From contig CH464491.1 of NCBI GenBank assembly GCA_000002445.1, forward strand, positions 2,592,001 to 2,656,000: 64,000 nt of DNA. Direction: 5' to 3'. Below, in pieces: positions 56,567-64,000 of the stretch; position 1 is the stretch's first letter, and every line of letters starts with the position of its first letter. The DNA comes from Trypanosoma brucei. Its lineage: Eukaryota. The notes beneath the pieces were generated by a model. The model worked only from the letters and a program-made list of their open reading frames with translations, ran no database searches and was not told the DNA's origin. A program made the position numbers and the translations under genes.

Positions 56567-57244
56567 TTGCGCGCATCGATGGTCCTCACAGGGGTCAAAC
56601 TTGCTGAAGATATAAACTATTGGATCAGGTACATCGACTGCGCACTCAGCCATCCACTACCGCTTCCAAAGAACAAGCACGTATTCCATAGTGACCAGAG
56701 GCTGGCACCAGAGATTCGCGACTTGTACGACTGCTTATACAAACTTTATGCAGAGGAGAGCGCCTCGGAATATTTCAGGGAACCTGTCGATGCACTGAGG
56801 GTGGGGGCGTGGAACTATTACAGTGTCATCACGGAACCAATGTCGCTGCGCACGGTGCTTGACTACATTGTCCAGGGCGGGCGCTACTCTCAAGTCGAAC
56901 AAATAATGAATGACGTCGAACTGATTTGGAAAAACTGTGAGAGGTATAACGGGGCCGAATCGCATCTTGCCGCCGACGCACGCAGGTGTAGGGCGATACT
57001 TGAGAAGCACCGGGAACGGCTTGCTGACGAGCAAACTGCACCCGCTGCAGAGGTGGATGAGCTGATTGAAGCGTTGGAATCGATGGATGACTCTGTCCTT
57101 AAGGCAGTGGAGGCGTACTTCCTCCGCGAAGACCCAACACTCATCCTTAGCAGCGGAGATGTGGATATTCCATCACTGCGAGTGAAGCACCTGAGAGCAA
57201 TGAAGGAGATTGTTCAGCGGGCGGCAAACGGGCAGTTGGAGTGA
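56567..57244 (+). CDS. Bromodomain factor
   Basis: YFREPVDALRVGAWNYYSVITEPMSLRTVLDYIVQGGRYSQVEQIMNDVELIWKNCERYNG is a complete bromodomain (PVD...YY..I..PM.L..YN with conserved N). 225 aa. It may correspond to T. brucei BDF3, but this is not verified. Confidence 0.8.
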   Translation: MRASMVLTGVKLAEDINYWIRYIDCALSHPLPLPKNKHVFHSDQRLAPEIRDLYDCLYKLYAEESASEYFREPVDALRVGAWNYYSVITEPMSLRTVLDYIVQGGRYSQVEQIMNDVELIWKNCERYNGAESHLAADARRCRAILEKHRERLADEQTAPAAEVDELIEALESMDDSVLKAVEAYFLREDPTLILSSGDVDIPSLRVKHLRAMKEIVQRAANGQLE

Positions 57245-57941
57245 CTTGTGGACAGCGGCATGGTTGGTGGCACGGTCATATTTTTTTGTTTTCTTTCCCC
57301 CCTTTTGTGTTGCATTTCACTCGCTCTCTCCGCCTCCTTTCCATTTGTGGCGTTGAGCCCACCAGGTTGCCGTCGTTGTTTTCCCCTGGGTTTCAATGGA
57401 ATGTTGCAGCTGCTTACTCGAGCCGTGGAATGTGAGGAAAGGAGACAATGAGCGGCACAGGAGGACATTTTTGGCAGCCGTTGCGCTGCCCTTGTCGGCG
57501 CCTCCCAATTTCGCGGTGTCCCCGGCGTCTCTACGATGAGAGAAGAGGGAACGGGTTAGCTGCAGTGGTGCCTTATGCGTGCGGTGCGTTGTCGGGTGTT
57601 TTGTAGGATCCTTCTGTTGGGTAATGGAGCCTCAAAGGTGGTGACAAATGATTGTAGAAGTGTGAATATTTGTGTTATGCGGAGGCTAAAACGAGAGAAT
57701 GGATGGAAGTGTGCTATTTTTACTACTAACCAACCACTTGTATAAAGTCACATTCCTTGCTCCCCTCCATTCATCACTTTGCGGTTTGTATTTGCCGCTA
57801 TTTCATTGTTTTTTTTTTTTGTAACCCCCCCTTTCTGACTTATCTGCATTTCCCTCCTTCCAGTTCTCACATAGCCTATCGTAAGATCTATTGATCGTAG
57901 GTTCACAATAGGCTGTCACGGTTCGCTTGGAGTAGCAAGAG

Positions 57942-58238
57942 TTGCCAAGGTGTGGGGCAGAGTTAGGCCCCTGCCAAAACTTTATTAGAGATTGCATCAT
58001 GACTGACGTTAACAGATATCTTCAAAGTGATGTTGCGACGGCTCTGAACCGGCTCGCGTCCGCCATGGCTCGTGATCTCGACGCGGACAAGCAGCAGGCT
58101 GCTGCGGCATTTGCTGTTGGGCGAAATACTTCTCCTGAGGCCTTCATGCGCGTTGGAGAGGAAGTGCCGCTGCCGCCGCGCGTAGCGGAGCTTCGCAGGA
58201 GTCAAGGGCGGCTGTCGTGTGGTTTGCCCTTTCAGTAA
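57942..58238 (+). CDS. Small hypothetical protein (possibly starts at Met 58000, MTDVNRYL...)
   Basis: 98-aa ORF. Weak support from array position only. Confidence 0.25.
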   Translation: MPRCGAELGPCQNFIRDCIMTDVNRYLQSDVATALNRLASAMARDLDADKQQAAAAFAVGRNTSPEAFMRVGEEVPLPPRVAELRRSQGRLSCGLPFQ

Positions 58239-58732
58239 AGTCGGCTTTTGCAGACGCAGAGGGTGTTGAGTAAGCTGTCGTCGCTGCTGAACTTTGTATG
58301 AAAAACACGGCATGGTGAAGTTTTTTTTCCCCTTCAGTCCTACTGTTATTGTTGGTTCACCCAGTTATTTTCTTCTTTTGTGCAGGGTGTGTGAAAGAGG
58401 GACCACTTACCGCCCTTGTGATGTGGAATTTGTACAACCGCAGCCAAACCCGCTGGTCAGAGGCATTTTTAGTACCACATTTGGGGAACGAAGCTCTTCA
58501 TTTATCCTTCCACGTTGCTATTCTTGAAGTCAACGGTGATTACCGAGGGGGGCTTGTCTCCACTTCGATTTACTTACTGGAAGCACTCACTCACTATTTC
58601 TTTTTTACCGTTTCTCATTACTTTTTTTTTTTTAAATGATTAACGCCCAATTATTGCAACAGTGCCACTAGCAAAGGGGGCGAAGGAGACCGAAGAGGAA
58701 GGGGTTAATAATTTGTGTAACTATTACCTGTA

Positions 58733-59302
58733 ATGTTGCGTCTCTGCCGTGTGTCACTGCGTGTCCAGTCACACCAGAAGAAGCGCGCACAGCACCCCAA
58801 CGCCGGCACACGGTTTGGACGTGTGTACAATCGCGGTTTCATTCGGTACGGCTTCGGTGGTTTCGGCATGAGCGTCTACACGCCCAAAAAGGACCGCCGA
58901 TTTCGCGTTCAGCCACTTCCTTCTTTACATGCAAATTCATTGGCTGATGATACTCCTCTAGTGACAACGACGCGAACGTTGTCTCCAAACTTCCGTGCCT
59001 TTGCATTGCAGGATGGCGGGGTTTTCTTTACCCACCCGTCACATGAGCAAGTGATGCGCGTGGGGCAAAACATACTGGCGGAAGAGACGAAGGCCACCGG
59101 TATGACGTCCATGGACACTTACGTAAACTCACGTATTCAATCCATCATAGCGGAAAACACTGTCGAGAATGTTGCTCTGAGTCACTGGCGGAGGCGGCAC
59201 ATGTGGAATCTAGTAAGGACGCACGGCAAGTTACAGCGGCACTGGGGTGTGTCGGATGCGACTAAAGGGGCGCGGTCGAATATATACGGAAGGCCCTCAT
59301 AG
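58733..59302 (+). CDS. Hypothetical protein with presequence-like basic N-terminus
   Basis: 189 aa; MLRLCRVSLRVQSHQKKRAQ... No recognisable motif. Confidence 0.45.
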   Translation: MLRLCRVSLRVQSHQKKRAQHPNAGTRFGRVYNRGFIRYGFGGFGMSVYTPKKDRRFRVQPLPSLHANSLADDTPLVTTTRTLSPNFRAFALQDGGVFFTHPSHEQVMRVGQNILAEETKATGMTSMDTYVNSRIQSIIAENTVENVALSHWRRRHMWNLVRTHGKLQRHWGVSDATKGARSNIYGRPS

Positions 59303-59868
59303 AAGGCTCCGTGGGTTTGTGTTATGTGTTTCTGTGCTTTCTTATCGTCGAGACAACTGTGCGCTTGTATGTTTAGGTATATGTTTTCCGTGGCGTCTGC
59401 TAGTACACTTACACGCGTTCGTACGTTGTTTTTAACGAGAGATGCGTTTATGGATGGGGTTGATGTTTAATTCCCTGGTTGAATTGACGGAAGGAAAAGA
59501 CGTTGACTCAGACGGCAATGCTTTTTACGTGCTCTTTTTTCTTAAAATTTTCCCGCATCGACACTCAACTCCCGGTACCCCCTTCACTTTTTTTTTTGTA
59601 CCACAGAAACGGACTCTTTTTCCTTTCTTTTGTCCTTATCTCGTCTATTTTGCGGTTCGCGAAGGTGCGAAGAGGTGTTTCTCTCGTATACATTTCTTTA
59701 GGGAACGACATCACATTAGATAAGAGGTTAATTATCTAGAAAAAACGGCTGGAATTACGCCACGGAGGGAAGGAATTTAAATACAATATATCAAAGGGAA
59801 AGAGAGGGAAGATACGATACGACACGTGTGGGAAAACCGAAAATTTCGGTTGTAGAAATTTAAATATC

Positions 59869-61116
59869 ATGTCATCACCCATGTGTTCAGTCCATTCTAA
59901 CCCTCTTGGAGGATCCCGCTCACGCCTCCACATTGCGCCGCAGATCATACCAGCAGGAAGACAGGGCAGTAGAGATGGTACCACGGTGAGGGAACTCACT
60001 TCCAATCATTACTCTTCGGGACGCGTAACGCCAGAGTTGCAGCGCACTTACCATCGCTTCGGGGAGGTCGGGTGCACACGCCGTCACTACGGCCGAGCCC
60101 GGGACCCACCTATCGACGAAACGTTTCGCCACGGTATAAGAACGGAGGCCGGTGAAGGGGCGCGGGGATGCCTGCAACCCGAGACGGGTGGTCGAATGAT
60201 GGCGTTGATGGAGCAACAGTTGGAACGTGCGTATTTGTCAAACGTTCGCCGACCACTCGGCAAGGTCCCTGCTGCAATGTATGATGTCCAAGTGCCTCAC
60301 AGCGGGTTTGGTATTCCATCGGAGAAATCTGAGAGTGTCAAGACGCTGTTGTACGCGGGGAGGGATTCCGGCACTGTCCACCCGGTGGGGGAGTGCAAAA
60401 ATCGAGGTTACGATTGGGAACGTGCGGGCATTAACCCCATGCATCACCGTTTTGGCTGGTGTGAACAGCGCGGCGAGGCGACAGCTGGGGAAGTGATGTG
60501 CGAGACGAAGCTGGTGACTAGGTTGCTGCCGAAGGTGGTGACGGATGTGCGGAAATTGACAAAGCAAGAGGTGGGGAAGGGGCTGCCGCCTCCGTGGGAC
60601 ACCAAGTACTTTGATGACACACTTGAGAGTCGCACGATACGTCGTAATGGCAGGGGTGAGGGTGATGCGGTGCGCCAGTTGCTTAGCTCCTGGATGCACC
60701 ATCCCTTCCCACCGAAACGGCAATTGGTGGCGGAGGAAGAGGATGCATCGCTTAAGGGGACTGGATCGCTGGAGGGCAGCAGAAAGGAGGGTCTAGAAAA
60801 GGATGCCTTGCGCTCGCGGTTCCTGTGCACATACAGGAGAGGGGGCCGCTACAACTCGGCAGACCACACAAGGCTCGACGATGATGTACGCGCACCTCAT
60901 GTTTTGTATCCCTGCCATTACGTCCAGATGGGTGTGAACTCTTCTCGCTTTGCCGGTGGCTGCACACTGGAAAATGTACGGGATCTATGTAAAAGTGTTG
61001 GTATGGATCTCGCCGAGAATCAGATGCAGGAAGTGTTCAACCATGTTGCCGTCGACGGTGTTTGCGGTATTGAGCAATTCAAGAACAAAGCCGTAGAAAT
61101 GGGGTACCTATCTTAG
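59869..61116 (+). CDS. Hypothetical protein
   Basis: 415-aa ORF in the array. Gly/Arg-rich, no recognised domain. Confidence 0.5.
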   Translation: MSSPMCSVHSNPLGGSRSRLHIAPQIIPAGRQGSRDGTTVRELTSNHYSSGRVTPELQRTYHRFGEVGCTRRHYGRARDPPIDETFRHGIRTEAGEGARGCLQPETGGRMMALMEQQLERAYLSNVRRPLGKVPAAMYDVQVPHSGFGIPSEKSESVKTLLYAGRDSGTVHPVGECKNRGYDWERAGINPMHHRFGWCEQRGEATAGEVMCETKLVTRLLPKVVTDVRKLTKQEVGKGLPPPWDTKYFDDTLESRTIRRNGRGEGDAVRQLLSSWMHHPFPPKRQLVAEEEDASLKGTGSLEGSRKEGLEKDALRSRFLCTYRRGGRYNSADHTRLDDDVRAPHVLYPCHYVQMGVNSSRFAGGCTLENVRDLCKSVGMDLAENQMQEVFNHVAVDGVCGIEQFKNKAVEMGYLS

Positions 61117-61881
61117 TTGCACACAACGGAGGCGTTTGGACTCCATCGCGTTGGATGGGTGACCATTTAGAAAACCCGATCTACAGGAAGGGGTGATGTG
61201 TGAGCGATGGATGAATGTATATATGCACTTTCTTTTCCCCCTTTCAGAAAGCGTCGGTGTCTGTGTGCTGCGGCGGAGGGGATGGAGGATGTAAGATTTT
61301 AAAAGAAAGTTAGACCGGCAGAGTGGCTTGCTGACATTGGCTTCACCCGCTTCAACCATTTATGGGGAGGAAAGCAAGGTGGATGAGACGGGAGTGGGTG
61401 TGGGTACACGCCCTCGTTTATAACGAAGTTCAGGGGTGCGGCGCAAAGTCTATGAGGCCCCACGTTTATATCATCAAAAATGCTAAATTTTTAAACTCAC
61501 ATTTCCCCTTTTCTGTGTGTACAAGTGTGGATCCTTTTTTTTTCTTATCTCACTTCTGAATCATTTACGTCGCCTGTAATTTTCCTCGTTTTCTTCAGGT
61601 TCATTCGACGGTTGGTGTATGGTACTTGAGCTTTTGCATCCTCCTTTCTCCTTGTTGTTTGTTTCCTACTGCCGCACCTCTTCACCACACTCTTGTAAAC
61701 TTGATAAAGCAATATCGTACTCGCGAATAGTAGCACACTTTTTTACCTTCTGTAGGAAGCAAATTGATTTGTTTACAAGTGTAGGGATCCGCGTGAAGAA
61801 AGCAGCGACAACAACGCCAGTAAGCGAACGTTAAAGCGAACGAAGCAGTAAGGGTAAAAAGGTTATTAAAAGAGGATCGTC

Positions 61882-62364
61882 ATGCTTCGACGCACTTCAC
61901 TGAGGGCGATAAAGCCGTATTTACACGCCTTTTCCCCCGGGGCCCGTGCCTCCGAGAAGGGGATGTTGTACCGCAACAGTAACATGAATGCCCACGCGCG
62001 CGTCGCTTCCATTCAACAAGCGCAGCGGACGCATCGCGAAGGTAAAATTTTCCTTATGTTGTTAGTTCCAGATCAAGTTTTTCTATCGGTAGTGCTTGTT
62101 GGCGTTTCCCTTGTTGCTGTCCTCCTTTACTTTCGTCAGCAGCCATTCAGCTTCAACACCCACAAACAGCGGTGGATCTTAGGTGCCATAAATGAGCACG
62201 AGTTTTATCAGCGCAATCGGGAGATGAGCAACGTTTTGGCGGCTCACAGGGAGGCAATTGAGGGGACCAGGGACGTCATTGGCGATTGTCCCAAAGTATT
62301 CGAACCGCCAGTGGGGTCGCATTACATTAGTCGTTCCGGTGACTTTGCACCGCGGAGTGATTAA
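61882..62364 (+). CDS. Hypothetical single-pass membrane protein with presequence-like N-terminus (possible mitochondrial inner-membrane protein)
   Basis: 160 aa. Basic N-terminus MLRRTSLRAIKPY, then a transmembrane segment IFLMLLVPDQVFLSVVLVGVSLVAVLLYF. Confidence 0.45.
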   Translation: MLRRTSLRAIKPYLHAFSPGARASEKGMLYRNSNMNAHARVASIQQAQRTHREGKIFLMLLVPDQVFLSVVLVGVSLVAVLLYFRQQPFSFNTHKQRWILGAINEHEFYQRNREMSNVLAAHREAIEGTRDVIGDCPKVFEPPVGSHYISRSGDFAPRSD

Positions 62365-63025
62365 AGGCCGTTGGAAGTACGGTCCCGGGGTTCAGTTACC
62401 GTAGGTTCCACCTTTTCGCCAGTGTTGTTTTATTCCTCTAACTCATAGCTGTGACCCTTCCACTGCTGATCCCATGATCTGAACCGTACGTATGGTGTTC
62501 TGTTGCTTGTGTAAGTAGAGGTAGTGGTAGCTGAAGTTTCTGCGTTTGTGTATTGTCATTGTTTAGAATCGTCACGACTCCCACACATTTGGCGATTTGC
62601 TCCATACTTCGAAGAGGATGAAGAGAGGGGATAGCAGAGGGGGGGGGGGAAAGCGTGGAAGAAGTCCAAAATCGCATCCGTATGTTTGCTGCGTAGTGAG
62701 AAGATCCGCCATTTAACCTGAGGTTCGCACAAGGGTGCATTCGTGTATTAATGGTTGAGCTCAAATTGTGCACGACACTCCTCATCAGAGTCGTAGTTTC
62801 AGAATCGTCAATGGAAGCCGTTCGTTTGCTTGAACGAGAGGAAACATATCCTTCTTGTGCTGGTGCCATCACGTCATTTGCCGGTAGCTGTTTTTCCTGT
62901 CTTCTTTATCCCTTTCCTGTCTCTCTTTTCGTTGTTATCCTGTTTCCCGCCCTGTTTGCTTCAGTCTTTGGGGACGTGGCGGCAGCTTATCCCCAGTCTC
63001 ATTCATTGATACATATTAGAGAAAG

Positions 63026-64000
63026 ATGGTACAACAACAGCCCGTTGTTGTATTTGATATGGGATCTAACAAGACGCGCGTTGGCTTCGCGGGTGAGGAG
63101 GCCCCGCGTGTCATCTCGAGCACAGTCGTGGGCGTGCCGCGACAACGCGGTCTTGTTGGGTCCCTTATGCAACATTACAGTGACGACTACGCAGGAGATG
63201 CCGCATGCGCGCAGGAGGGTATGCTCAACCTTAGCTACCCCGTACGGAACCGCCGCATCACAAGCATGCCCGAGGTGGAACACTTTTTGCAAGATGTTTT
63301 CTATAGTCGGCTTCCACTTGTACCGAGTAACACGATGATGTTGTGGGTGGAATCTGTGCGCACTTCACGTGAAGACCGAGAGAGGCTCTGTGAAATGATG
63401 TTTGAGAGCTTTGGTCTTCCTCAGTTGGGCCTCGTTGCCGCCTCCGCGACGACAGTCTTCTCCACGGGAAGAACGACAGGTCTTGTGGTTGATAGTGGCG
63501 AGGGATGCACGAACTTCAATGCCGTATGGGAGGGTTACAACTTGCAGTACGCCACGCACACATCTGACGTAGCCGGCCGCGTGCTAACTGATAGACTTCT
63601 GGCGTTCCTGCGCGCGAAGGGATACCCGCTCTCCACTCCGAATGACCGCCGAGTTGTGGAGGACGTCAAGCACACCCTTTGTTACGTTGCAGCCGATGTA
63701 CAGGAGGAGGTGAAGAAGATGCACAAAAAGTTACAGAAAGAGTATTATGGCCTACCAGACGAGCAACGGATTTATGTTGAGGAGAGCCAGTTTATGGTGC
63801 CCGAGCTCCTCTTCAATCCATCAGCAGAGGGTGACATTGGGTGTTGTGGTAGGAATAATGCAGAAGTGAATGTAGATGCTAGCGGGGTTGGTGCTGGAGG
63901 TTGGACAGATGCGATAGCAAAAGTTGTGGAGTCCGCCCCACACTTCACTCGACCTCACCTTCTGAAGAGCATTGTGTTGGGTGGTGGCAACACCATGTTC
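63026..64000 (+). CDS. Actin-like/actin-related protein, N-terminal 325 aa (truncated by window end)
   Basis: Manual translation from ATG 63026 in frame to 64000: VVFDMGSNKTRVGFAGEEAPRVI, LVVDSGEGCTNFNAVWEGY and IVLGGGNTMF correspond to the actin phosphate-1, phosphate-2/connect and adenosine motifs. Not in the ORF track because the window ends before any stop codon. Confidence 0.8.
   Translation, partial: MVQQQPVVVFDMGSNKTRVGFAGEEAPRVISSTVVGVPRQRGLVGSLMQHYSDDYAGDAACAQEGMLNLSYPVRNRRITSMPEVEHFLQDVFYSRLPLVPSNTMMLWVESVRTSREDRERLCEMMFESFGLPQLGLVAASATTVFSTGRTTGLVVDSGEGCTNFNAVWEGYNLQYATHTSDVAGRVLTDRLLAFLRAKGYPLSTPNDRRVVEDVKHTLCYVAADVQEEVKKMHKKLQKEYYGLPDEQRIYVEESQFMVPELLFNPSAEGDIGCCGRNNAEVNVDASGVGAGGWTDAIAKVVESAPHFTRPHLLKSIVLGGGNTMF

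Noticed and set aside
62751-63338. 195-aa plus-strand ORF overlapping the start of the actin-like gene
   Set aside because: It is in a different frame from the clearly actin-homologous frame (63026 onward) and has hydrophobic low-complexity content. Alternative-frame artefact.

Overview
This window is eukaryotic and almost certainly kinetoplastid, Trypanosoma brucei-like, and carries no prokaryotic operons, CRISPR arrays or mobile elements. The evidence is a polyubiquitin gene of nine head-to-tail 228-bp repeats encoding the trypanosomatid ubiquitin sequence, densely packed intron-less ORFs arranged in long same-strand arrays, and pyrimidine-rich tracts followed by AG upstream of ORFs as expected for spliced-leader trans-splicing. 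The layout is: four minus-strand genes (1-4513) including an EF-hand calmodulin-like protein and a NUDIX hydrolase; a ~7.1-kb coding-free divergent strand-switch region (4.5-11.6 kb); then a plus-strand polycistronic array of ~30 genes running to the window end. Recognisable plus-strand genes include SRP receptor alpha, an NDUFAF6-like assembly factor, polyubiquitin, 2-oxoglutarate dehydrogenase E1, a GT25 glycosyltransferase, ESCRT-III Vps24/CHMP3, retromer VPS26, an SDR, two tandem RPL29 copies, a BirA-like biotin ligase, a bromodomain factor and a truncated actin-like protein. The most unusual part is the strand-switch region, which has mirror-image strand asymmetry in base composition (CA-rich then GT-rich on the + strand), an internal GC-rich island with a (CCCCACG)5 G-quadruplex-type microsatellite, and a C12-A10-(TAAAA)3 junction. 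The polyubiquitin and RPL29 arrays also show signatures of concerted evolution. Functional calls come from motif-level reading of the translations (Nudix box, SRP GTPase motifs, BirA GRGxxGRxW loop, bromodomain, Snf7, VPS26, TGxxxGxG/YxxxK), not from database searches.
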